This document shows positions 29,184 through 37,093 of a DNA stretch of 64,000 nt, piece after piece. The notes below the pieces were generated by a model. It had not been told where the DNA came from, did no database searches, and was given only the letters and a program-made list of their open reading frames with translations. Numbering within the stretch: the stretch's first letter is position 1; each line of letters starts with the position of its first letter. This DNA comes from Candidatus Woesearchaeota archaeon (GTDB taxonomy: Archaea; Nanobdellota; Nanobdellia; SCGC-AAA011-G17; JACPIM01): positions 32,001-96,000 of the forward strand of contig CAZELK010000001.1 in assembly GCA_964513145.1 (NCBI GenBank), read 5' to 3'. A program made the translations under genes and the position numbers.

Positions 29184-29711
29184 TTAATTCTTAAGTATTT
29201 TTTCCTTGATATCATTTATATGCTTTCCTAAATCTGAAATATTAATCTTATAACTCTTAATTTGTGCATTGTTTTTTTTGTAATCCATAATATGTTTCCC
29301 CAGTATTCTGTCATTAGATGGGAGACATTCTTTGTCATGTGGAATATTTAGTCCAGAATCCAAAGCACCCTTTAAAACAGCATAAATCTTTGAACCTTTT
29401 ACATTTCTATACATACCAATATCCAAAATAACTTTTTTAATTCCCTTTTTAATACTTTTTTTACCTACTAAAATACCAAGCAAATAAGCAACAGGGGTAT
29501 TTGATTTTGGCATGCCTAAATTATATTTTTTAACTAATTCCTGTGTTGAAGCTGATAAAAGAACTTTGTCACCTTTTTCATTGTATTCAATTACTTGTGC
29601 TGTCAAGTTTTTTAATGCTTTTCTTATTACTAAACGTAATTCCCTGCTTTTAATTAATTTTAATCTTCTTCTATAGTCTGTTTTTCCCAAAGCTTTTCTT
29701 TTATACTGCAT
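29184..29711 (-). CDS. rpl18: 50S ribosomal protein L18
   Basis: GKTDY..RL.L, LVIRK, AYL.G.L.G, GALD.GL.IPH. Confidence 0.93.
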   Translation of the reverse strand: MQYKRKALGKTDYRRRLKLIKSRELRLVIRKALKNLTAQVIEYNEKGDKVLLSASTQELVKKYNLGMPKSNTPVAYLLGILVGKKSIKKGIKKVILDIGMYRNVKGSKIYAVLKGALDSGLNIPHDKECLPSNDRILGKHIMDYKKNNAQIKSYKINISDLGKHINDIKEKILKN

Positions 29712-30162
29712 CTTTCTTTTTCACTAAATTATTTTCATCCAAATATAATTTTAAGTGTCTCTTACTCCTAAACATATTTCCTTTTATCATCTTGTACATT
29801 ATTCTGTAATTTTGAACAGAAAGATATTTTTTTGCTTTTAATAATCTAATAAACCTTCTCTGGACTCTTACTTTTATCATCCAAATTTTCTTTCTTTCCA
29901 GCCTAGCTGTTTTGGTACCTTTTCTTGAACCCTGACCACGCCTTTTACCTTTTCGTCTCTGAGTTTTTAATTTATTTGACCTAAATGATGAAATCCCGTT
30001 AATTTGATTTAAATTAATGGCTCTGTCCTTGATTAAATTTCTAATATCTGATTTAGTAATAGCTTCTTTTATTTCATTTAATCTTGCAGTATCAAAACTA
30101 ATTCTATTTTCACCAGACTTGAGAATGTCTGCTGCTATTCTTTTTTGTACACTTAAGTTCAT
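29701..30162 (-). CDS. rpl19e: 50S ribosomal protein L19e
   Basis: QKRIAA.ILK.GE.R, AITK.DIR.LI, G.GSRKG...AR. Confidence 0.94.
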   Translation of the reverse strand: MNLSVQKRIAADILKSGENRISFDTARLNEIKEAITKSDIRNLIKDRAINLNQINGISSFRSNKLKTQRRKGKRRGQGSRKGTKTARLERKKIWMIKVRVQRRFIRLLKAKKYLSVQNYRIMYKMIKGNMFRSKRHLKLYLDENNLVKKKDAV

Positions 30163-30740
30163 GCTTTACCTTCCAAGACTTTCCTTTTCTCTTCTTTTTC
30201 TCTGACCTTCTTTTCTTCTTCTGTAATTTTTTGTTCTTCTTTTTTAGTTTCTTTTGGTTTTTCTTCTACTTTTTTCTTTTCTGCTGTCTTTGCTTTTAAT
30301 TTTTCTTTCTTTTCTTTTATTCTTTCCTGGAATTTATTTACCAAGTCGCTAATTGCTTTGTCAATATCCTTAATATTCAGTATTTTTAACCTGAGCTCCT
30401 TTATTTTCTTTAATATTTCTATTCTTTTTTTGTTTCCGAAAGATCTGCTTAGAACTATAATATTCTCTTTTGTTACTTTACTTAAATCATTTATATTATT
30501 AACCTGGATTAATTTTAACCCATCATTACTTAAACCGCGGACTGATCTTGGAGATTTCCAACCAACGCTTGGCTGAATTTTCTTGCCTCTTTTTTTATCT
30601 TTCATTTTTGAATGGATACCTTTTGGCTTTCTCCAGGTTAATTTAAGATTTTTTCTAGCTGGATATTCCTGCCTGGTAAATTTAGGTTTTCTGTTCTTGA
30701 TTTCTTTTCTTATTTCCAATAATTCTGATGCTGATTTCAT
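30159..30740 (-). CDS. rpl32e: 50S ribosomal protein L32e
   Basis: KPKF.RQE, WRKPKG..SK, P.VGW.SP..VRGL; K/E-rich C-terminal extension. Confidence 0.93.
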   Translation of the reverse strand: MKSASELLEIRKEIKNRKPKFTRQEYPARKNLKLTWRKPKGIHSKMKDKKRGKKIQPSVGWKSPRSVRGLSNDGLKLIQVNNINDLSKVTKENIIVLSRSFGNKKRIEILKKIKELRLKILNIKDIDKAISDLVNKFQERIKEKKEKLKAKTAEKKKVEEKPKETKKEEQKITEEEKKVREKEEKRKVLEGKA

Positions 30741-31279
30741 TTTGTTTCCTCTAAAACTAATGGGTAACCAAAAATTGTATGCGGCTTATCTGTATTATCT
30801 ATAACTAATTTATTTTCCAGATATTGTATAAAAATAATTCCCATTGTTCCGTATTTTCTTTCTGGAATATCAGTTATTATAACTTTTTCCGGATTTTCTA
30901 ATTTTGATATCTTCTCCAGCATTGATTCTGGAGAATTGTGTTCAAAACCCAGCAGTGTTCTTAAATACTGAATAGATTCATGATTTTTTACAACTTCAGT
31001 TAATCTTGCACCTTTTAATCCTGGCAAAAATTTGAAACTTGCTCCCTGAAATACTGGATTATAAGTGCCTATTTCGACACCATCGAATCCTATGTAAATT
31101 GCTGTTTCTCTTCCATGATTTATATACGATCCAGTTAACAATGGCGTTTTTGTTTTTACTTTTTCATATTCATCCTTGCTTAAATTAAATAATTTTCCAA
31201 CATCAGCTAACTTACCTTTGAATTCTTTTTTAAGTTCTTCAAACATACATGACTTATCTAAAACTTTAGCTAGTGTCAT
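30737..31279 (-). CDS. Hypothetical protein inserted between rpl6 and rpl32e
   Basis: 180-aa ORF with ATGA overlaps at both ends; not a ribosomal protein motif. Confidence 0.75.
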   Translation of the reverse strand: MTLAKVLDKSCMFEELKKEFKGKLADVGKLFNLSKDEYEKVKTKTPLLTGSYINHGRETAIYIGFDGVEIGTYNPVFQGASFKFLPGLKGARLTEVVKNHESIQYLRTLLGFEHNSPESMLEKISKLENPEKVIITDIPERKYGTMGIIFIQYLENKLVIDNTDKPHTIFGYPLVLEETK

Positions 31280-31824
31280 TTTATTATTTCTCCTGCTTTT
31301 TCTACCAGGAAAATGCCGTCTTGGAAAACTCTTCGATCTTTATGCGGTATTTTTGTTGCAATTTCTATATTTGCTGATACCTGACCAGCCTTATCTTTAT
31401 CATTGCTTTCTACAATAATTATATCACCATTAACTTTTACCTGGACTCCCTGTATTATTTTAGCAACCCTTGGCAATTTCTCGCCTATGAAATTTTTTAT
31501 AATTACCTTTTCTTTGTCTACAGTTACATTCATTGGAAAGTGACCAGAACAAACTTTTAGTTTATATGTATAAGTACTGTTTGCTCCTTCAAGCATATTC
31601 CTGAAGTGTGCGACAATTGTATTTAAAATATCCTTATCTTTTCTTGAAGAACCTTCGACAGAAAAATTTAATTTATTATTTTCATTTTTTATTTTTATGC
31701 GAGAACTATTAATTTTTTTTATTATTTCCTCTTTAGAACCCCTGACTTTTATCGTGCTTCCTTCTACATTAACATTTATCCCATTCGGGATTTCTACATT
31801 TTCTGAAAGTCCATTTTTTTCCAT
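31276..31824 (-). CDS. rpl6: 50S ribosomal protein L6
   Basis: HFPM.V, KNFIGEK.PR, AGQ.SANIE, D.RVFQDGIF. Confidence 0.95.
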   Translation of the reverse strand: MEKNGLSENVEIPNGINVNVEGSTIKVRGSKEEIIKKINSSRIKIKNENNKLNFSVEGSSRKDKDILNTIVAHFRNMLEGANSTYTYKLKVCSGHFPMNVTVDKEKVIIKNFIGEKLPRVAKIIQGVQVKVNGDIIIVESNDKDKAGQVSANIEIATKIPHKDRRVFQDGIFLVEKAGEIIK

Positions 31825-32217
31825 TTAATAAAAGTAAGCTAATAATCTTCCCCCTAAATTATTTGTTTTTGCTTCGTTATGCGTCATTACGCCCTTTGAT
31901 GTTGAAACTATCAAGAAACCAAAATCTTTTGCAGGCAAATATCTTTTTTCAAACTTTTCATAACCTGTCTTTTTTATATTGTATCTTGGCTTTATTGGTC
32001 CGCATTTGTTAATGTTCCCGAGAAGATCAATTTTAGCAACACCGCCTTTATTATTTTCCGTATATTTTATTTCACCAAGATAATTATTATTTTTCATAAT
32101 TTCAAGGATTACTTTAACTGTTTTTGACATCGGTCGAACTAAACAGAACTGCTTTCCTATTTTTTCTGCATTGTATATATTTGACAACGCAGTTGATAAT
32201 ATATCATTCATTGACAT
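31825..32217 (-). CDS. rps8: 30S ribosomal protein S8
   Basis: ND.L..AL..I.NAE, IN.CG.IKPR, YLPA.DFG.LIVST..GVMTH.EA. Confidence 0.95.
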   Translation of the reverse strand: MSMNDILSTALSNIYNAEKIGKQFCLVRPMSKTVKVILEIMKNNNYLGEIKYTENNKGGVAKIDLLGNINKCGPIKPRYNIKKTGYEKFEKRYLPAKDFGFLIVSTSKGVMTHNEAKTNNLGGRLLAYFY

Positions 32218-32218
32218 T

Positions 32219-32449
32219 TTAGCTGTATTTTTTGAAGCCTATATTTTTTGCAATTTCCCTGAAACATTGCCTGCAAAGTTCAAGATTGTATTTGCTTATA
32301 TGAGCTCCTGTTCTCCCACATCTTCTACATTTTTTTAACATATCACCAACGCTTCTTTTTTTTGGAGCATTATGCTTTATGTATTTCTTTAATTTGTGAG
32401 GCTTATTTTTTAGCTGCTTAAAAACTTTTTTAAAATTGCTTGTTGTCAT
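32219..32449 (-). CDS. rps14: 30S ribosomal protein S14 (zinc-binding type)
   Basis: CRRCGR......KY.L.LCRQCFRE.A..IGFKKY. Confidence 0.94.
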   Translation of the reverse strand: MTTSNFKKVFKQLKNKPHKLKKYIKHNAPKKRSVGDMLKKCRRCGRTGAHISKYNLELCRQCFREIAKNIGFKKYS

Positions 32450-32955
32450 TAGTTTACCCCTAAATTATATTTTTTATTAATGAAATTTACTGCTTCTTCT
32501 TTTGTTATTTTATGGCTTGCTGATATTTTTCTTTTTCTTAAGGCTCTTTTTTTAACTCTAAAACCTGGTCTTTCCAATGTGACTGCAACATTTAACCCAA
32601 TTATTCCTATAGTTGAATCATACGGTACGCCGGGAATATCTATATATTCTGGAACACCAAAGGATAAATTTCCATGATTATCAAATTTTAATGAAGTTAT
32701 ATTTTCAACATTTGCTTTTAATAGTCTTCCCAATAATTCTTCTGCCTTTTTTCCTCTTACAGTCACTTTGCACCCAACTTGCAGTCCTGGTCTGATTTCC
32801 CATGTAGGAATTCTTTCGTTAGTTGTTGTTGGTACTGCTTTCATGCCAGTTATTTTGTTTAATAATTTTAATCCTTTTTCTAGCCGATCTCCTGGACCGC
32901 CTGTACCCATATTCAAGGTAACTTTCTCTATCCTGATTTCTTTCATTATATTCAT
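32449..32955 (-). CDS. rpl5: 50S ribosomal protein L5
   Basis: N.M.EI.IEKVTLNMG, IR.G..VG.KVTVRG, FD..GN.SFG, IG..GL.V.VTL.RPG.R. Confidence 0.95.
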   Translation of the reverse strand: MNIMKEIRIEKVTLNMGTGGPGDRLEKGLKLLNKITGMKAVPTTTNERIPTWEIRPGLQVGCKVTVRGKKAEELLGRLLKANVENITSLKFDNHGNLSFGVPEYIDIPGVPYDSTIGIIGLNVAVTLERPGFRVKKRALRKRKISASHKITKEEAVNFINKKYNLGVN

Positions 32956-33623
32956 TTTTCTAAAACATAAGCATAGTCTGCAAGAGTCTCGTGAGTTTCG
33001 TTATCTACTTTAAATACAAGGACATCTTTTGATATACCTGGGTATTTTTTTATTTCGATTATCTTTCCCTTGTTACCAATATGCTTCCCTCCAGTTAAAT
33101 ATACCAAAGAATCTTTTCCAAATTTCAAGTGCTTTATAATTTTTTTATCCTTTAAAATTAATGAATCCCTAACTTTGTAAGAATCTTTATCCACAATCAA
33201 ATTTCTGCCGTCATAAAGATTTAATTGAACTTTGCCTTTTTTCAGAATTGTTTTCCCAATTATTTTGCAAGTTTTATTATCTGTTTCTTCTTTATTTATT
33301 TCCATTAAATTTAATTTTCCCTTATTATTATACATAATTCTATAATACTTATTTAATTCCGGAATAGAAAGACTGTCTAATATACCGACAGCAAAATCAA
33401 ATTCTTTTCTTACTTTGTTATCTATGAGAATATTTTTATTATTTAATATATGTTTGATATCTCTTTTTTTATTTCCTATTTTTAATATTTCTCTTAATAT
33501 TACGCCTAAGGGCATACTCTCTTCTAATTTGTGGGGACCTGGAGATGGCTTTGTTATAAATTTATTTGTTTTTCTTTCAATAGGCCAACTTTTTGGTGCA
33601 TTTATTCTTTTCAGGTGTGTCAT
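32952..33623 (-). CDS. rps4e: 30S ribosomal protein S4e
   Basis: HLKR..AP..W.I.RK, P.PGPH....S.PL, QLNL.DGRN, GG.H.G..G.I. Confidence 0.94.
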   Translation of the reverse strand: MTHLKRINAPKSWPIERKTNKFITKPSPGPHKLEESMPLGVILREILKIGNKKRDIKHILNNKNILIDNKVRKEFDFAVGILDSLSIPELNKYYRIMYNNKGKLNLMEINKEETDNKTCKIIGKTILKKGKVQLNLYDGRNLIVDKDSYKVRDSLILKDKKIIKHLKFGKDSLVYLTGGKHIGNKGKIIEIKKYPGISKDVLVFKVDNETHETLADYAYVLEK

Positions 33624-34006
33624 TTTGCTATCCTTTCAATTGCTTTTTTTCTTTCCTTATCTTCCAGGTTTAATTCCTTAATCATAACTTTTGACGGATG
33701 TATGGGGTAGAATGTTTTGGTGCCATCTTTTTTAATTACTTCTGCACCATCAACGTAAATTCTTATTTTTTTCATGCTTACTTTATTTATTGCTCCTGAA
33801 GTCCCTTTAAATTGCCCTCTCATAATTGTTACTTTATCTCCTTTTTTAACTGGAAAATTTCTTTTTTTGTATTTTTTTATTAATTCTTCAGTTAAATGAG
33901 CTGAGAGGAATTTATGCCTAATATTTAATGGAGCATTGTGGACATATTTTCTCTGCTTTCTTGGCTGCTTGCTTGATTTCCATTTTCTTGAAAATTTATT
34001 TCTCAT
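33620..34006 (-). CDS. rpl24: 50S ribosomal protein L24 (uL24)
   Basis: SKQPRKQRK...NAPL..R.K..SA.L, GD.V..MRG.FKG, IHPSKV.I..L. Start ATG 34006 preferred over GTG 34015. Confidence 0.94.
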   Translation of the reverse strand: MRNKFSRKWKSSKQPRKQRKYVHNAPLNIRHKFLSAHLTEELIKKYKKRNFPVKKGDKVTIMRGQFKGTSGAINKVSMKKIRIYVDGAEVIKKDGTKTFYPIHPSKVMIKELNLEDKERKKAIERIAK

Positions 34007-34007
34007 T

Positions 34008-34385
34008 TTATTCACTCAAATTCCTTTCAAGTTCTTTAAACCCTTTTTCATATTTTATCATAACATAATCCTTTAATGCTTCGCCATATCCGCCCCTTAT
34101 TAAATTGAATCCAAATACATTTAACATTACTCCATAAACAACATCTTTCTGTACTTTTGCTCCAACTCCCATTATCAAACCAGCCTGGCTTATATTTTTT
34201 GTTTCTTTAACAATTTTAACTGCCCTGTCAATAAACATACCTAATTTGCTTAATTCAAATAAAAGGCTGTTGAAACTTTCATCCCCCATTATTTGAGGCA
34301 ACTGAGCAACATCTAAATTTCTCTCAGACAAGAAAGTTTCAAGATTTTTTCTTTCTTTATCATTAGGAATATGAGTTTTTACCAT
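34008..34385 (-). CDS. Hypothetical protein inserted between rpl14 and rpl24
   Basis: Likely start ATG 34385, one base after the rpl14 stop (MVKTHIPNDKERKN...). 125 aa; no recognised family. Confidence 0.7.
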   Translation of the reverse strand: MVKTHIPNDKERKNLETFLSERNLDVAQLPQIMGDESFNSLLFELSKLGMFIDRAVKIVKETKNISQAGLIMGVGAKVQKDVVYGVMLNVFGFNLIRGGYGEALKDYVMIKYEKGFKELERNLSE

Positions 34386-34386
34386 T

Positions 34387-34788
34387 TTATACCACAATGC
34401 TTGCGACTTTTGCAATTGCTGGCCATCGCTCAGCAACCTCCTTAGCTATAGGTCCCTTGAAAATTGTACCTTTTGGATTACCTTTATCATCTTTTAATAT
34501 TACAACAGCGTTGTCTGCAAATTTTATTCTTGTGCCATCTTTTCTCCGATATTCTTTTTTTTGCCTTACTACAATAGCAGGAACAACCTGTTTTCTCATT
34601 TCTGTTTCACCTTTTAATACAGAAACCAAGATTTCATCCCCAACACCGCATGAAGGCTTTCTTCTTCTTACTGTTTTCGAACCTTTTATTGAGACAATCC
34701 TAACTATTTTAGCGCCTGAATTATCACAAGTCTCTACGACACTACCATGATTCAAACATTTTGTTATTCTTGCCTTAAGAGCTTTCAT
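34387..34788 (-). CDS. rpl14: 50S ribosomal protein L14
   Basis: CDNSGAK, GVGD.I.VSV.KG, A.VVRQKKEYRR.DG.RIKF.DNA.V, GPIAKE.AERWP. Confidence 0.96.
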   Translation of the reverse strand: MKALKARITKCLNHGSVVETCDNSGAKIVRIVSIKGSKTVRRRKPSCGVGDEILVSVLKGETEMRKQVVPAIVVRQKKEYRRKDGTRIKFADNAVVILKDDKGNPKGTIFKGPIAKEVAERWPAIAKVASIVV

Positions 34789-35110
34789 TTTCTATTACCA
34801 CAAAATTTTTCATTTTTGAAATTGGCTTGCATTCCATAATTTTTACTATATCACCTATTTTTATGTCTATGCAAGGAGTGCTATGAACATGTATTCTTGA
34901 TTTTCTTTTTTCATATCTTTCATATTTAGGCAAGAAATGAAGCCTAGGAAATTCAACTTGTGCTGTTTTTGCTGAACTTACTTTAGTAATTTCTCCAGTA
35001 AACAAATTACCCCTTAATTTAAGTCCGCTATGGAATGGGCAATGCTTGTCATCACATTTCTTTATAGGTAATTTTACTTGTACTCCTATATTTTTTTGTT
35101 TTTCTTTCAT
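34775..35110 (-). CDS. rps17: 30S ribosomal protein S17
   Basis: C.D.HCPFH..L.LRG, KYERYEKR.S....H...C, ECKPISK.K.FVV. Confidence 0.95.
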   Translation of the reverse strand: MKEKQKNIGVQVKLPIKKCDDKHCPFHSGLKLRGNLFTGEITKVSSAKTAQVEFPRLHFLPKYERYEKRKSRIHVHSTPCIDIKIGDIVKIMECKPISKMKNFVVIENESS

Positions 35111-35364
35111 TTTTTTAACCTATCCTCGGGCCTGCCTATTAATAATTCCCCATTAGTTTGTATTTCGTTTTTTCCATTTGAAATTTTTAATGTAACTTGT
35201 TTTTTTAGTATTGTCATTATTTTGTCATTATTTTTTATCTTGATTGTATTTTTAGTTTCATCTATTATTTCGCCCTGAATCCCAATCAAGTTCTTGTTTT
35301 GTGAATCTATTACTTCCATTTTTAACCCTATTAATTCGCCACGCAAAAAATCTTTTAAAACCAT
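35107..35364 (-). CDS. rnp1: Ribonuclease P protein component 1 (Rpp29/POP4)
   Basis: ELIGL..EV..S.N....GI.G.IIDETKN, G..L.GRPEDRLKK. Confidence 0.92.
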   Translation of the reverse strand: MVLKDFLRGELIGLKMEVIDSQNKNLIGIQGEIIDETKNTIKIKNNDKIMTILKKQVTLKISNGKNEIQTNGELLIGRPEDRLKK

Positions 35365-35366
35365 TT

Positions 35367-35675
35367 TTATCTTGTTTCTATTGAATCTGATGAAAAACCT
35401 AATTTTGTAAGTTCTTCCTTTGTTTTTTCTGCGTGCTCACCTTGGAGCTCTATTGTATCTCCCTTGACTGTTCCTCCACATGCGAATTTTGTTTTCAACT
35501 CTTTTGCGAGCTCTTTTAAATCAATCTCTTTTTTGTTTATTCCGTAAATGACTGTGATTAGTTTACCGAACTTTCTTTTTTCAATTTTGACTTTGATCCT
35601 TTGCCCTTCTTTAGCTATTGTCTGACAAACACAAAGGTCTCTAGGAAGACCGCATTTTGAGCAGATTTCATTCAT
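35367..35675 (-). CDS. sui1: Translation initiation factor SUI1 (aIF1)
   Basis: C..CGLP.DLC.C, R.FGK..T.I.G, LK.K.ACGGT.K...IELQG.H. Confidence 0.94.
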   Translation of the reverse strand: MNEICSKCGLPRDLCVCQTIAKEGQRIKVKIEKRKFGKLITVIYGINKKEIDLKELAKELKTKFACGGTVKGDTIELQGEHAEKTKEELTKLGFSSDSIETR

Positions 35676-35895
35676 TCTTTTTCATACCTTTTCCTGAGTC
35701 TTTTGCTTGACTCTTTATTTTAGCTATTGTCAATATTCTTGCAATAGTTCTTCTTGTATTTTTTATTAGGGCTGGCTTTTCCAATGTGCTTCCCCTGGCT
35801 CTTTTTGCATTCAATATTATGAGTTCTTTTTTTAAATCTATTAACTTATTTTTCAAACTTTCCTCGCTTAGTTCTTTTATTTCACTTATTTTCAT
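35668..35895 (-). CDS. rpl29: 50S ribosomal protein L29
   Basis: [18 protein letters not shown]......RRTIARILT. Start ATG 35895; the track start TTG 35901 lies inside the IS left end. Confidence 0.92.
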   Translation of the reverse strand: MKISEIKELSEESLKNKLIDLKKELIILNAKRARGSTLEKPALIKNTRRTIARILTIAKIKSQAKDSGKGMKKNE

Positions 35896-36890
35896 TGGCA
35901 AGGATACCCCATCAGCTTGCTGTGGGGAGGAATTGCCCCTTTGTTAAGTTTATAAATATTTAAATCCTGATAATTAAGATGTTGATTAGGGCAACTGCAA
36001 AAATTAAGATTGAAACTAGACCTGAAATTATAGAAACTATTAGCCTCTATAGAAAAGGTCTGCAATTCTGTGTAAATTCTGCTTGGGAATTGAGGATTAA
36101 AAATAATATTAGATTGCATCCCTTTGTTTACAAAACTCTTAAAGAAAGTGGATTGCAAAGTCAACTGGCTATTGCATGTATTAAACAAGCCTGTGGGATT
36201 GTCAAAAAAGCCAAATCCAAACCGATTATTAATTTCTCTTTCATGGAATATGACTTCCCTAGGAGTGCTAGTTTCAAGAATAATATTTTGAGTCTTTCTA
36301 CAATAAAGGGCAGGATCAAGATTCCATTCCAAATCCCTGAATGCTATCAAATTTATTTTCAGGACTGGAGAGTTTGTGAAAGCATTTTGAACATTGACAA
36401 AAGGGGAAGATGTTTTTTTAATTTCAGTTTCTCCAAAGAGGTCAGCACAAAAGTCCCTAATCAACAATTCAGGGTTCTTGGTATTGATCTCGGAGTAAAT
36501 AATCTTGCTGTGACAAGTGACAACAAATTCTTCGGACAAAAGATTAAGCAACAAAGGATCAGGCATGATAAATTGATTAGTGAAATCCAAACTAAATGCA
36601 CAAAATCTGCTAAGAGAAAACTCAGAAAGATTTCTGGCAGATGGAGAAAGTTGATGGCTTGGACTAATCATAACATCAGTAAAAGTATTGTTGAACCATT
36701 GGATCAAGGAGATGTTATAGTAATGGAAGATTTGGTTAATATCAGAAAGACTGCTAAATACAATAAGTGGATTCATAAATGGGCTTTCTTCCAGTTGAGA
36801 AGCTTTATTGAATACAAAGCTTTCAGAAAAGGAATTAGGGTTGTCTATATTAATCCTGCTTATACTTCCAAAACTTGCAACAGATGTCAT
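35892..36890 (-). CDS. Antisense ORF across tnpB (332 aa), stop overlapping the rpl29 start; putative translation-relay ORF
   Basis: ATG start, same codon register as tnpB, ends CAA TGA with an ATGA overlap on rpl29. No recognisable protein motif. Confidence 0.4.
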   Translation of the reverse strand: MTSVASFGSISRINIDNPNSFSESFVFNKASQLEESPFMNPLIVFSSLSDINQIFHYYNISLIQWFNNTFTDVMISPSHQLSPSARNLSEFSLSRFCAFSLDFTNQFIMPDPLLLNLLSEEFVVTCHSKIIYSEINTKNPELLIRDFCADLFGETEIKKTSSPFVNVQNAFTNSPVLKINLIAFRDLEWNLDPALYCRKTQNIILETSTPREVIFHEREINNRFGFGFFDNPTGLFNTCNSQLTLQSTFFKSFVNKGMQSNIIFNPQFPSRIYTELQTFSIEANSFYNFRSSFNLNFCSCPNQHLNYQDLNIYKLNKGAIPPHSKLMGYPCQ

Positions 36891-37073
36891 AATTTAGATA
36901 CCTCTAGACACAATGGTTTTTTCAAGTGCAATACTTGTAATCATTCCTTGAATTCCGACATTAACGGAGCAAGGAACATAGCTCAACTCTACACGAGTAA
37001 AATGAGCTTGGCTTTTGTAAACAAGCCAACTATAACATGTGATGATGCCAAAGCATCTACAATTTCCGTATGA
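35979..37073 (+). CDS. tnpB: TnpB RNA-guided endonuclease
   Basis: RuvC I VLGIDLGVNN, RuvC II IVMEDL, Zn finger CNRC...CNTC, RuvC III NSDINGARNI; all three catalytic acidic residues intact. Confidence 0.95.
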   Translation: MLIRATAKIKIETRPEIIETISLYRKGLQFCVNSAWELRIKNNIRLHPFVYKTLKESGLQSQLAIACIKQACGIVKKAKSKPIINFSFMEYDFPRSASFKNNILSLSTIKGRIKIPFQIPECYQIYFQDWRVCESILNIDKRGRCFFNFSFSKEVSTKVPNQQFRVLGIDLGVNNLAVTSDNKFFGQKIKQQRIRHDKLISEIQTKCTKSAKRKLRKISGRWRKLMAWTNHNISKSIVEPLDQGDVIVMEDLVNIRKTAKYNKWIHKWAFFQLRSFIEYKAFRKGIRVVYINPAYTSKTCNRCHNLDTSRHNGFFKCNTCNHSLNSDINGARNIAQLYTSKMSLAFVNKPTITCDDAKASTISV

Positions 37074-37091
37074 TGAATTGAAGTTAAGCAT
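36894..37091 (-). CDS. Antisense ORF across the tnpB 3' end (65 aa); putative first leg of the translation relay
   Basis: ATG 2 nt after the rps3 stop; its stop lies 3 nt before the ATG of 35892..36890, in the same frame. Confidence 0.35.
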   Translation of the reverse strand: MLNFNSSYGNCRCFGIITCYSWLVYKSQAHFTRVELSYVPCSVNVGIQGMITSIALEKTIVSRGI

Positions 37092-37093
37092 AG

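Noticed and set aside
30737-34390. Short direct repeats flanking the inserted orphans (TCATTTT at 30737 and 31276; CATTTTAT at 34004 and 34383) as target-site duplications
   Set aside because: The same AAAATG junction occurs at most ordinary gene boundaries in this operon, so the repeats are not evidence of transposition.
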